Source of the DNA: Lama guanicoe
Lineage: Eukaryota
Length of the DNA: 60,000 nt
Reading direction: 5' to 3'
Assembly (NCBI GenBank): GCA_013239625.1
Contig: MU053881.1
Span: 7,463,957-7,523,956, forward strand
Position 1 is the stretch's first letter. Each line of letters begins with the position of its first letter. Below, piece after piece: positions 24,366 through 37,240 of the stretch. The notes under the pieces were generated by a model. That model searched no databases. It saw nothing but the letters and a program-made list of their open reading frames with translations, and was not told the origin of the DNA. Position numbers and translations under genes: made by a program.

Positions 24366-24739
24366 CTAAAAAGATTCAATTATAATTACATAAAAATAAT
24401 TTAGTCACTACACAGTTTTCACCTTCAACTGAATTATTCCTGTTTCACACATTTGCTGCTTTCTCATAACCACGTTAAATCTAGAATAACTGCATCCAGT
24501 TAATATCCGTTTTAGAAATATGCAATTAATATGAATCTTAAAAAAACCTTGAGGTGTATTTTGAGAGTACATTAAAGTTCAGGTTAGGGATATGGTAATT
24601 GCTCCTATGCCCTGCCAAGGAAGTAAAAAGTGCTCTATGGCTGTCAACGTGTCAAGTAATCTCTGCTGGGGGAAAAAAAATTATCTGCTACATTTACATT
24701 TTGAGATTAAAGTTTATATATGTTACTGAGCATTTACTA

Positions 24740-25560
24740 AATAAATCTGATTTATTCATTCTTTCAATAAATGTGCGCTAGATATCAGAGATACAGCAAT
24801 GAATTAAGACAGACAAAATTCTTCTCTCATGTCATGTCTCTCCACGACAGTGGGGAATGAAAAACTCAGGTGGAGGCAACAGCTCCTGTAAAGCCCATGA
24901 GGCAGGATGCGTATAGCTAAGAACAAGGGAAAGTAGCTTTGAGATGAGACCATGGGGATCAACAAGCCCAGGTAAGGAGCTCAGATTTTGTTGTAAATAT
25001 AATTGGAAGTTGCTTTATGCTCTCTGCAGGCTGTGACATCACCTTTTGTATATTCTTCAATGACCACATGGCTGATGTGTGAAGAATGAACAGTATGAAT
25101 GGCAGTGCAGGAAGCAGGCAACCTGGTCAGAAAGCTACAGCAGTGTAGTACTCTAAGGGAGAGATGACAGTGGTCTGAACTAGAGTGGTGGTAGCACAGA
25201 CGCATGTTTTGTAGGTTAAGTTCTTAGAGCTTAATGGATTAAAGGTGAGAAATAAGGGACAGAAAGATATTGAGAAAAGCTCCTAGATTTTTGGCTCAAG
25301 TAACTAGATGAATGTTACTACTTTTACTAAGGAAAAGAATTTTGCAAGAGCATGTTTGGTTACTGGACAGATGATCAGCTATTTTGTCTGTTTATGTTAA
25401 GTTTGAGATGTCCATTAGTGGGCAACTGAATACACAAGTCTAGACTTTAGGGGAGAACTAAGGACTTGGCATAGTGTCATGGGGCATCTTAGATGTTATT
25501 GAAAGCTACAAAACAAATTAGGTCATCAGATAAGAGTGCAGACAAAACAAAATCTAAAGT
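24740..25560 (-). mobile_element. L2 fragment in intron 2
   Basis: ATTCATTC 3' signature followed by purine-rich antisense L2 body. Confidence 0.6.
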
Positions 25561-25789
25561 CCAAGATGTGGTAAAGAAACTGATCATAACTTAATTTTTC
25601 AAACTCAGAACACATCAAGTCAGAAAGAATATTAGAAATTCATTTAGTTCATTTCCCTTTGATGGGGATGGGGTGGGAACTAAGCCTGAAATCTTCAGAA
25701 AAGAAAAATAATATTAATCACTGCTAGACAACGCAAATCCTCAACGGCTAAGCACATGCTTAGAAACAGAGAAGTCTACAGACCCCTAC

Positions 25790-25948
25790 CTCAGTCACGG
25801 TCATCATTTCATTACGGCATTTATCCAATTGATCCTGCAGTTCACTTTGGCTCTCCACTAGTTGTAAACCATACTGTGCAGCTTTTAGTCGCTCTTCTTC
25901 AACCTCTTTGAGCTTGCATCGAAGATCTGCTATTATATCTGCCTCCAT
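25790..25948 (-). CDS. SPDL1: Spindly coding exon 2 (MEADIIADLRC...MTVTE, CC1 box AAQYG)
   Basis: ATG at 25948, acceptor TTTACAG| upstream of 25964, donor GAG|GTAGGG; 159 coding nt. Confidence 0.97.
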
Positions 25949-26789
25949 GATTTTTTCCTATCTACTGTAAATAGAGGAAACCAAAGTACTTAAGCTTAAA
26001 CAAAAAACTCCGTATCAATAAAAGATGTGTGTGTGAATATACGTGTTATATTTATATATACACACACATATACATATATATATGTGTGTAAAACCAATAC
26101 CATATAAAAACATAGTATTAAAGATTTTCTTCCCTACTTTTAAACAGTCAAATTTGCATTCTTGTTCTAAGAGCAAGGTCTGACTATTTTGCTACCTGAT
26201 TTGAGACCAACTCAAACAGAGCAGAAAAGAATGAATACATTTAATTTTGCTTCTAAGTAATGCAGTATCAGGAAACTGTTCAGTTTTGTGTACTAAGCTT
26301 CCTTAAATGCTAAGGTAGGGTGGGTGGGTCTCATATCACTATATAGGTAACCAAGTTAAGAGAACTGCAGAAATCAAGAAACTTTATAGTAGCATAACTG
26401 CAACTTGAAACATAAAAAGGCAGCTTTGAATAAGATTCATAAGGACTAGCATGTCCACAATTTTTCACAACAGCGTTAACTTCCTGAACACATTAAATCT
26501 GCCACATTAAATGTGCTTTATTGAAAACAGACTCACTAGCATTTTCCTAGTTATCCATAAAAAGCCATGCAAAACAAACCGTGTTCAGAGTAATTAAAGA
26601 ACATTGGTTTCATTTTACATTTTTAAGTAAGGACTTAAACATTATATATAGAAACATTCCACTTTAATTCAACCTCACTCATCATCCTGTCCAAATTGGT
26701 TCCAGGTTCTTAGGCTAGACTTAAACTCAGCTTTGCCTTCAAAAAGCAACAAGCCATTATTAAGGTATTCTCCCATGTCTCCATTCAAT

Positions 26790-28020
26790 GCAGCCATTCA
26801 CTCAACAAATATTTCTTGAATGCCTTGTGTGCTGGGCCCTATTCTGGGCACTTCAGATACATCAGAGGTCAAATGGACCAAAAAAAAAAAAAAAGCTCTT
26901 CTTTCATGAAACTTATCTTCTGGGAGAAGATATGCAAGAATAATAATATAATAAATAAATGCATTAGGAAGTAGAAGTGGAAAAGTATATATATAATAGG
27001 ATAAGTGAACTTGGAAGAGGTGGGGGCATTGTTGAGTGAGGAGCCCCTAAGATACTTCAAAGCAAAGTCTTGCAGAGGATAAGAGAATTAGCCATGTACT
27101 ATTTAGGGAAAGAATGTTCCAGGCAGGGGGGTAGCCCTAAAGGTGGAAGGAAGCCCAAAGAATGGACAAACTACAGTATACAGATAAAAGAGGAGACTAG
27201 GGAAATCAGGCCATTGTAAATAAACTTTGGCTTCTAGTCTGGGTGAAACGCAGAGTCACTAAAAAGTTTGACGTAGGGATATGATACATTCAAAAGGATC
27301 ATATTGGCTGATACGCTGAACATTTTGGAGGAGAACAAGTTGGAAGCAGAAAGACCAGGTGGGATGATCACTCATGTCAGCGTGTCTGCACAGGAGGTGA
27401 TGAGAAACGGTCAGATTCTGCATATATTTTGAAAGTAAAAGCCAACATAATTTTCTGACAAATGCAATGTAGCATGTGTGAAAGAGAAGTAAAAAATTCA
27501 CAATTAGGAGAACACCCTAACAGCAGTTTTGGTGGGAAGATGGGGGCAAAAGCCTGATTAGAATGGGTTAGACAGAGAATGGTAGAACAGGAGACAGCAA
27601 GTATAGTTTTGTTGCGAAGAAGAGTAGATATAAATGGGGCAGTAGCTGGAGAGGAAGTAAGGTCAAGTTTTTGTTTGTTTAAGATGAACAAATTTTTAAG
27701 AAAAAATAACAGCATGTTTGTATGCTATGGGATAGATCCAGGAGAGAAGAAACACTAATGATACAGAAGACATGGAGAACTATTGGAGTGATGAATAAAA
27801 AGTATGGTATCTAAATGTGCAGGGGCTTTTTTGGACAGTAGCATGAATATTTCATATAAAGTAAGGGAAAGTAAAGCATACGGGTAAAGACACTGGTAAG
27901 TAGTTAGATACTGTATGTTGGAGTGCCCTTCTAATTGCTTCAATTTATCAGTAAATTAGGAAGCAAGGTCTTTAACTGAAAATGAAGATTAAGGAGGAAA
28001 TATAGGGGTTTAGAAGAGGA
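26790..28020 (-). mobile_element. L2 fragment in intron 1
   Basis: CATTCACTCAACAAATATTT...GAATGCC 3'-end signature and L2-like body. Confidence 0.65.
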
Positions 28021-28709
28021 AAAAAAAAAGAAAAAAGAAAAAAAATCCTTTTTACAGCCAGGACTGGCTGTCACTGCTCTAAAATGCCAGACCTTTCCAA
28101 AGCTTGTACATGATGGGGCCAGCCACTAATTTGTTGCACTGTTAATAATAATTTGTATTTGCTAAGGATTTGCCATTTGCCAGGCAGAGTGTTTCAAATG
28201 CACTGTTGCATTTAATTCCCTTGATGGGCCTAAGTTAAGTACTACTGTCATCAACATTTACCAAAGAAAGAAATGGAGCTAGCCTCAAGACATCCCAGCC
28301 AGCAATATCCATAGAAGCCAAAAACAGCTCTCATTCATTCAAGAGATTTGCTGGAATTTCTACTATGTCTCGGGTATTGTCTTATTGCTGTGGGCACAGT
28401 GGTGGCCCCCAAAACTAGACAATATCCCTGCCTTCTTGAATCTTACAGTCTATTAGTGCAAAGACATTAAATCAAATAACTGAAATGTAAAGTTACAAGT
28501 GTGATATGTGCAAAAGGGAGTGATGTGTGGTGCTATCTGAGCTTATAACACAAGGGAGTCATCTTAATCTACGTAGTGGTGTGGGTGGGGGCAGGGTAAA
28601 AGGGAATACAGACAGGAAAGATTTCCCTGAGGAAGTCACTTTTCAACAGGTATAATGGATGTGTAAGAGTTAACTTATCAATCTGTAGAGAAAGGTAGCT
28701 AGGGCTGAG

Positions 28710-28930
28710 TAACAACTACAGCTAATACGTGCCAGACTTTGTGTTTGGTGCTTTGCATACATCATCTTATTTAATCCTCTCAACAACCCTATGAAATAAA
28801 AGGTTTCTCCTCCACTTTACACATGTGCAAACTGAGGCAAGGAAAGGTTAAGTAACTTGCCCACGGTTGTCGGGGGCAAGTGAGACGGGAACCCATATCT
28901 AGTTTTCAAGTCCGGTGCTCCTAACCACTT
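28710..28930 (-). mobile_element. MIR SINE
   Basis: TTTAATCCTCTCAACAACCCTATG...AAACTGAGGC...GGTTAAGTAACTTGCCC core. Confidence 0.75.
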
Positions 28931-29182
28931 TTCTGTTCTGCCTCTCAGAAACGTACCACGTAAAAAGCATTTAGGAAACAGGGAGCTCAGGGACTCAGGC
29001 TGCCTGATTCTTACCCTACGTTTACTTCTCACTGGCTGCATCAACCTGGACAACTCATTCAATGTCTTGCTTTGTCATCCATAAAGTAAAGGCAATAGCA
29101 TCTACCTAATAGGGTTTTGGGGAAGATTAAACGAGCTAATGGGTGAAAAGTAATTAGGGTGGAATCCGAAACGTAACTGAGG

Positions 29183-29460
29183 CAGCGCTGTTGTCCAATA
29201 GAAACGCAATGCGAGCAAGATGTGATTTTTAAAATTTTCTAGGAGCCACATTTTTTTAAAAAACAGTAAATATTGGTGAATTTGACTGTTTAACCCAACA
29301 TATCCAAAATATCATCATTTCAACATGCACTCATTATAAAGATCATTAACGAGATCACTTTTTGGTGTGACTTCAAAATCCAGTGTATATTTTACATTCA
29401 CAGCGTTTCTCTATTCGGAAGGCCACAGGTGACCACTGGCTACGGTACAGGACAGCGCAG
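29183..29460. mobile_element. MER33-like hAT-Charlie DNA transposon next to the promoter
   Basis: CAGCGCTG..TCCAATAGAAA start and GGACAGCGCAG end. Confidence 0.65.
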
Positions 29461-30230
29461 ACCCAGCGTCCGGTATCTCCCGGAGGCCAAGGCAGCGGAC
29501 CCGGCTTTCTGTATTAATGCACCCTCCGCGGGGGTGTCCGGGCGGCCCACTGGATGACTGAGACCGGCTCGGAAGCTGGTTTATCGGAACCGAGTTCTGC
29601 TGAAGAAGCGGCTCCAGCTAAAAGCCCGGGCGGAGACTCAGAGCCCCAGTTCCCTTAGGCCCTGCTCTCCCCACCCTAGAAGTCCCCCCTACGCAGCTCC
29701 CCAGCGCCCCTCTTCCCACACGCACCTCCCTCCAGGCCCCTTGCCCTGACCTCTCTCCTTACCCTTTGCCCTGCCGCTGCAGCTCAGGAACCCAGGTCCG
29801 TGACGCTCACTCTGCCGCACAACACAGACGCCGGCCGCTGGCTCTCCGGTAAGCGCCAGGGCTGTTTGAATGCAGTTCCCGCGATAACTCGCATATCTCG
29901 CGAGACGTTCCGCCCAAGCGGAGCGCAGAGGGAAATCCCGTGCCACGCCCCATCTGCAGCGTCTGCGCAGGTGCAAGCGGAGAGAATCGGGCTTGGCGCA
30001 GATGTAGACGTGGTTCTCTGTCTCTTCAGCGTTACTCAGGGTTGGTTTTTCTGGGTGTTTTTTTTGGTTTTATTTCTTGGTTTGTCTTTGTTTTGTTTGT
30101 TTTGTTTTCTCCTAACGACCGTGCATTTTTGAGGAACAGTGTCACTAGGAGGTGAGGCGGTGGAGAGTTCCACGCGTGCTGGCCTAGCCGCGCATCGGCC
30201 GCTGTGCGTCCTGAAGGCTCTGCCCTGCGG
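29450..30230 (-). promoter_or_regulatory. SPDL1 CpG-island promoter
   Basis: High CpG density; TTTGAA (CHR) at 29865-29870, TTCCCGCG (E2F-like) at 29876-29883, TCTCGCGAGA (BANP palindrome) at 29896-29905, NRF1-like TGCGCAGGTGCA at 29964-29975. Confidence 0.85.
29763..29880 (-). other. SPDL1: Probable non-coding exon 1 (5' UTR); TSS approximate
   Basis: Lies in the CpG-rich region, ends at a strong donor AAGG|GTAAGG (GT at 29762-29761) and contains no ATG. Confidence 0.6.
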
Positions 30231-33090
30231 TGCCAGTCTTACGGTTCCAGGAGTTTAACTCAGTGTTGCAGTGCCCAAAAGCATCATAGACAGAATCACA
30301 GTTTCTTTCATAGTACAGAGTGACAGTTACTGTAATGGCCTTACATACTCGAGCCTTCACCATGTGCCGGTACAGTTTTAAATTTTACACGGATTGTCTC
30401 ACTTAAACTCGCCGACAGTCTTAGGAAGTAGGTATTACTATCTTTTTCTACAGAGGAAAACAGCCCTGAGAAGAAAAATACCTTGGCCGCATGGTAGAAG
30501 TAGAATTTGAACTAACGCAGTCGGCTGCTAAAGTCCAAGCACTTGCGTGTGTGTTTAAATAATTTATATTTTGTAAACCTAATGCCTATTCGTTAAGCAA
30601 ACAGAAATCATAATAGGCAACATTTGGTGGGCACTTATGAGTTCTAACAACTATTCTGTGGATCATGTTGTGCCAGCCCATCTTTTCTTGCCTACTTGAG
30701 GACTTGGCCATAGGTCCTCTCTTTTTCATTATGTTTTTTCTTCCCAGTTGGACTTTCCCTATCGACAAATAAACATTCTGTAATGACTTCCATCTCAGAA
30801 AATAATACTAACTTCCCTTGACCCCAGTCAGCTACCACCTTATTTATTTGCTTCCCTTGATAACAAAATTGCTGGGGGAGAAAAAGTTAAGACTTGGTAT
30901 CTTAATTTTCTTACTTTTTATTCTAACTTTTCCCCCCACTTCAGGTTTTGGTCCCAAAACTCCAGTGGAATGACTCTTCTCAACATCACCAGTGAGTTAT
31001 ATCTTGCAAAATCTTATTCAGTCCTCATTTCTCTCAACAATTGACAGAGTTGATTGCTCTCATTGAGTCTCCTTAGGTCTTGGGATGCCACACTCTCCCT
31101 CCTTTTCTCAAATCCCTTTGCAGACTTCTATTTCTGACTGAGCAAGGCAACGGATTGATGTGGGCTTGAAGACTGGCAACGATGATGTCTTCACGTTGCT
31201 CACAGTGTAGCCTGGTAGATGCTTTTGGGGCCTGGCTGAACAAATGCTCATTCGTCATCACTTCTTGAATAAATGAAATCCCATTTTCCTATCATTTAAT
31301 AAAGATTCCTTAATTCAGGAGTCAGGAAGACATTCTAGCTTAGACCAATCATGACTGGCTGAAATTAGGTAATCTATAAAGTATATGAACTTCATTTTTC
31401 TCATTTGTTAACATAAGAAAGTAGACCTCCACTTCAGTAATGTTTCTTTCAAATCTAATATTTTTAAAAAATATTTTAAACTGTTGGCTGAGTGTCCACA
31501 ATGTGCTAGGCATAGTGGAAGGAATTCAGAGATGTAATTGTCACTCCTCTCTGGAAGATGCTCACAATATAGTAGGGGATTAAATAAAAACAAATAAAAA
31601 TAACCACAGAGCTGTATATAAATATTTTGTGAATGGTGTATACCCTACACTAAAGGAGTTATGTGATGGGAGGGGTCAGTTTTGTCTTGGTGTTCTTTTA
31701 ACATTTCATAGTCCAGGTGGCACTTGAGCAGGGCCTTTAAGGATGGTTAAGCTAAGGAGGAGTATATTCAAAGGAAGGGGATAGCATTAGCAAAATCCAC
31801 ATCAAAATTGAAGTCAGTCATTAGGAATTGTCTGGATAGGCTGCTGCCTGTACCACCACTGGACACTAGATGTCACAAGAGAAATGAATTCTAGATGCTC
31901 CCTGCTTGTTCGGATAACTTGTTTAAGATTCACAATTCCAGATGCAGATCTGCATACCAGATGAGGTCCACATACCATGAGCTAAATGCCAAGGGTCAGG
32001 GTGAAAAAAATGCATCCCTCGTTTTCAGTTTACATAATAAGAGATGGGATTTTGCCTCCTCACACAGATTGATCAAGTGGATTCATCAAGCATAGGAAAG
32101 GAATTTAGATGTTGGGAATATAATTCCTAATGTTACTGCTATAATATTACTTCTAATAATAATAATAATAATAGCATTTCTGATTATATAATTCCTAATA
32201 CAATTCCTAGTATTGCAGCTGTTCAAAACTGGGATAGACTGCTGTGGTAAACTGGCCATCATTCCTTCACTATGACTATTCTAGTGGAAATGAAAGGACT
32301 GGTTTTCAAAAATGGTGTAGAAGGGAGTGTTGCACTGTACTGAAAGCAGTGTGTATTTTGACATGAACTTACTGAATGATTAAGTTTGTTTTGGTACCAC
32401 AATAGTCTCTGTCCTCAGGGAACTTAGAATTTAGTGGAAGGGGTATTTATCAAACAATAAACTGTTACTCAGAGTATGGCTTATTCTTTCTTACTCCTTC
32501 ATATTATTAAGAAAACTCCAAGCTAGTCTTTTTAGGGTCAAGGAAGAACAAGCCCAGGATTCTGAGACATGGAGTTTGCAAATAAGATCTGGATTAATTT
32601 ACAAAGTTCCATGATTCATAGGATGGACCAGGATATGAAGTTTTGGAAGTTACACTCAGGGTTGTGGTAATTAAAACCTGGAGCATGTCTGAGACCTGGT
32701 GAATCAAGAAGGCGGCTTAGAGAGCCTGAACGCACTAATTAACCTGCCAACTTCCCATTCCACATTTAGGAGTTGATGAGGCTAAAACTGTAAGTTGCTA
32801 ACTTCCAGAGATAGGATCCCATGATGGCTCTTTTGAGAAAAATGTCTTGATTGTACTAAAAGGAAGGTGTATCTTAAATGAAGGGGCCTATGTATATTGG
32901 AGAAAAATAAGGATTCAAACAGCTTGTGTGTAATCCTTTCTTGGCACCACTTCACATTACCATTACACCCCTGTTAAGCTTGCTTCTTCAGATGATTCTA
33001 GCACCTAAGCCAGTTAGAAGTAAGACGCAGTGTTTATATCAGTTATGGTTTTTACTTGCCAAGAATAGTACCCACTCAAGTTGGTTCTAG

Positions 33091-33126
<36 letters not shown>

Positions 33127-33799
33127 ATAATTCGAGAGTCCTGATTTTTGCAGCTGTTCACAAAACTGTAGTTGCTATTTGTGACTTCTATCTTCCAGTA
33201 TCCGTTACATATTCCTTTTACTTTATGACAGTACCTCAACTATTTGGGGCTCTTTATCCAGTACAGTAATCCTAATCTACAAAAGTTTGTTCTTTGCTGA
33301 ATAAAACGTATTCACTAGGTATACATATTACTCACTATGCCGATGGCTCAGATTTATTTGATCTGACTCAAAGTGGAATGGGATAAAAGTTAACATCCTG
33401 TACTTTTCTCTGAGAGCTTGAAACTGTGACACTACCTTTCTGTATGGAAAGAAGTGGAAACTGCCCTGATGTTGTAATGCTTAGTTTAATGTAACGTACT
33501 TCTAGGAAAAACAACTTGGGAATACATGCAAACTACATTGAATACACCTGTTCAGTCATACCCACCTGTAAGCTCTCTCCTGCCTGTTGCCACTAGGTGA
33601 CAGCCTTTGCAAATATTTTATCTGAAGGGAACATCTTTCTGTTACAGACATTAGAGTCTGTTGGTAGATATGGTTACCATGCTAGTTTCAGCCAGAAGAT
33701 GAGCCAAATGCTCATTATTTATTATAATCTACACTCTTAGTCATTTGAGATCATAGTTACTCCTCATCTGGCTCGCTCTCATCCTCTTAACTTAGTTTA

Positions 33800-34175
33800 T
33801 GCTATAGACTGAATTGTGTCCCCTGCAAATTCGTATGTTGAAGCCCTAACTTTCAATATGTCTGTATTTGGAGATAGGGCCTTTTGGAGATCATTATATG
33901 AAATGAGGTCAGAAAAGTGGGGTCCTAATCCCATAGAATTGGTGGCCTCTTATGAGAAGAGGAAGAGAAAGAGAGCTGCTGTCTGTCTCTCTCTGCGCCA
34001 GAGAAAAAAGGCCACGTGAGCACACAGTGAGAGGGCAGCATCGGCAGGCCAGGAAGAAAGCCCTCACCAGGAAATGGGTGGGCCAGCACCTTGATCTTGG
34101 ACTTTCCAGCCTCCGGAACTGTGAGAAATAAGTTCTCCATTGTTTAAGTATTTTGTTATTGCAGCCCAAGCAGGC
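33800..34175 (+). mobile_element. MLT1 (MaLR) solo LTR
   Basis: TGCTATAGACTGAATTGTGTCCCC start; GGACTTTCCAGCCTCCGGAACTGTGAGAAATAA near the end. Confidence 0.8.
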
Positions 34176-36529
34176 TGTTTATACTCCATCTCATCCTTTT
34201 CACTGGAGAGGCCCTATGACTAATGGTTAAGAATATAGTCTGAGTTCTGGAGTCAGCATCTGGGTTCAACTGCAGGCTTTGTTACCTCCTCTGGTTGCTT
34301 TAACAAACTGTTTAGCCTCCGTAAGCCTCAGTTTCCTGGATCACAAAATGGAATAATCAAAGTACCTAATTCAGTAGTTCATTGTATGGTTTAAGTGACC
34401 TAATACTTTTTAAACACTTAGCATAATGTCAGTAAATGGTAGCTGTTATTATTTCCAGCATGGTCTCAGCTCAAATGTCACTCCCTTGGGGACCCCTTTT
34501 CTGAATCTTTAGCTTAGGGCATGTCCTCTATGTACAGTTTATAGCAGCTTGTGCTTATGCTTTGAAACAATTATAATACTTTCTAGTAATTTGTCTAATT
34601 TATGTCTGCTTCCCTCACTAAAATGTTAGCTCTCCGAGGATAGAAAAGGCCTATATATGTTTTGCTCGCTATAGTTTCTCCCAGCAAGTGTCTAATGTTT
34701 GGGTTGTGCTGGATGCTAAAGTCAGGTTTGATGAGTGAATGAAAAATGCAATTCATCAATTCAAGTGGGGAATCTAGAAACCTTCTTTGAGAGATCAGAA
34801 CCGTCACTTGTAAAAAAGAAAAATTACTATTCTTAACCCTGAGTGAAAAATGCTAAAAGTTTACTGGTTTACATGAAACGAACTACACGTACCAGAGACA
34901 ATACACTAAATAGGTAGTTTAGGATACTTGATACCCTCTGAAATTTTTTATGGCTTTATTCACCTTTGACAATATGTACCCCTCACTCGAACCAATATGT
35001 CTTCATGCAGAATTTATGTATTGGTGTAATTTTTATAATTCAAGCATTTTGTATTGTACTGGGGAACTTGGCATATAAAATAACCCTATTGAAGAGGCCT
35101 GTAAAGCGAAGAATCCTTGGCTGAAGTAAATGTTCACTTTTGTGTAAATACAGACTTCCATGTATTAAGTTCTCTTAAAGGAAGAGATACCCTCAATGAA
35201 CTTAAAGATTTAAAACTCAAGTTTTGCTAATCTTTCACCATGTCTTGGACAGGTTTATCTATTTCCTGCAAAACAAATCTGGCACATGTCCTATTAATTT
35301 TCAAAAAAAATAGAACATATTTTAAAGAGTGTACAATTTTAGTAATCTTTAAAGTCCTTTGTTTATGTAATGGTCAAGTACGTGAGTAAGAAGACTCCAC
35401 AGCTCAGTAATGGGAAATGTTAGTTATTTGTATTTAAAAGATAATTTTATGTTTTCAGAGTTCTCTCAAAATATGAGATATGAAAAAGTGCTTTGCAGTT
35501 TCTTTATACTTTATACAGACAGTGAAAGTTCCCCTTTTTCCTATCATAGTGATAAAAAACTTTAGGCAGCCCTGATAGTAGATGTGATCCTTTCTTTGCA
35601 TTAATCATTATTTTACCATTTACTGGCCTCTCTATTATCAGGCCAGTTGCTCAGCCTCTGGCTCATCACAAATGAACCCCATCAACCTCCCCATGATGTG
35701 CTGTGTGTAGGCAGTATTTGGCTATTTTTGATAAATTGGTCAGTCTTGTGAAATACTTCCCTGAGCTCGAGTTCTGGAACTTGTCAGGTGTCCTCTCTGA
35801 CAGTCATGTCTTCCCTTGGCTCTCACATTACCCAACCAGCTGGGGTAAAGCCAGATCCTCCCACAAAGCATGCTTCTTTGGAATTCAGATCTATTGGCTT
35901 TTGGCACTAAAAAGCAATGCTCTTGCACTTTCTGTCAGATCAGGGCTGAATAATCTCTTGGGGGTGAGTAACCTTTTAAATGTTGGAAGACTAACAGTTT
36001 CAGGAATCAGTAGTGCGCTTAGCAATTTGTAACAAAGATCAGAGGACTACATTGTCCCTTATGACCATGTTTGAATTTAGCAAGACCCAAATTGTTTTTT
36101 CCTTCTTGCAAGTTAATCTGGAGGTTGGCATCACATTCTTCCCTCCCATGTCAGTCCATCAGTTTGTGCATAGAGCAGATCTCTATGTACAGAAGTATGG
36201 TTTCTGAATTACACTAGCACATAATCATTATTATGTGTGATTGAAGGCAGGGAGTTACCAAAGTATCTTGGATGACTGTCCTCCTCCCACCTATAAAACT
36301 CCTGGCAAAGGGATTAATAGGCATCCTATAAACAGGCAGAGTTAAGCTCCTGAAAACAGCATTCCATTCACAGGGTTTAAATCTCTCAACCAACATGGGA
36401 AAAATAAGTTGAAAAAGTAACATCTAATTTATTCTTAAATATGTTTGGAAGGTTTGATTTCATTCCTACTCGCACAAAAGTAATTAATGCTGCATCTATC
36501 CTAAGAAATAGAGGTATATACGTTTCAAT

Positions 36530-36710
36530 GAGTGGTCTCCAAACTTTGTTGTACATTAAAACACCTGAGCAGCGTTTATGACTCCTGATGCCCAGTCTGT
36601 GCCCAGCACTAATTGAACTGAAATGCCTCGGGGTGGCTGTCAGGCATCAGTGATTTTTAAACATCCCCGGGGAAGAATGCGATTTGCAGTAATGTTTGGG
36701 AACCTGGGTT
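36530..36710. mobile_element. MER5-like hAT MITE
   Basis: AGTGGTCTCCAAACTT...TTTGGGAACCTG termini. Confidence 0.55.
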
Positions 36711-37056
36711 GAAACAGTCACACTCCCTACCACACCAGCTTTCTTCATTGCTTCTTTAGCTCAGTGGCTCTCAGTCTGACTGCTCATTAGAATCATGCGG
36801 CATCTTAAAATATTCCATTCTGATCCATTTATCTAGGGCCGGGTAAATGCACCAAAAATGTTTAGCTGTTCCTCAAGTGACTTGTCATGTGCAGCCAGGG
36901 TGGAGACTCGCTGGGCTAGCTGATCATATGAAAAGGTAGGATATGGTGGGTCCTTTAGTCTTTTTCTTGCAGTTAAGAGCTTTCTACATTTTAAAATTCC
37001 TGTTCATTAGCTTTGTTGAATGACTTTTCTTACCGTTTTCCTGAATCCGTTGGTGG

Positions 37057-37240
37057 TAGATTACCCAATAAAATACAGGATAGCCAGTTAAAATTTTATT
37101 TCAGTGAAACAATGAATAATTTTTAGTACAAGTATGTTTATGCAATATTTTAGATGTATAATAAAAATGATATACTATTTTCTGAAATTCACATTTAACT
37201 GGTGTCCTGTATTTTTGTTTGCTATATCTAGCAGTGCTAA
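37057..37240. mobile_element. MER53-like palindromic MITE
   Basis: AAATACAGGATAGCCAGTTAAA ... TTTAACTGGTGTCCTGTATTT inverted arms. Confidence 0.65.

Larger units (their letters stand above)
8945..29880 (-). other. SPDL1: SPDL1 (Spindly, kinetochore dynein-dynactin adaptor) gene span, 12 exons; both ends approximate
   Basis: Eleven GT-AG-bounded coding exons join in frame to 1812 nt (603 aa + stop), from MEADII... to ...TQCPQQ*. The protein is recognised as Spindly. Confidence 0.97.

Noticed and set aside
29689..30155. ORFs over the SPDL1 promoter
   Set aside because: Mostly non-ATG starts arising from CpG-island and T-tract composition.
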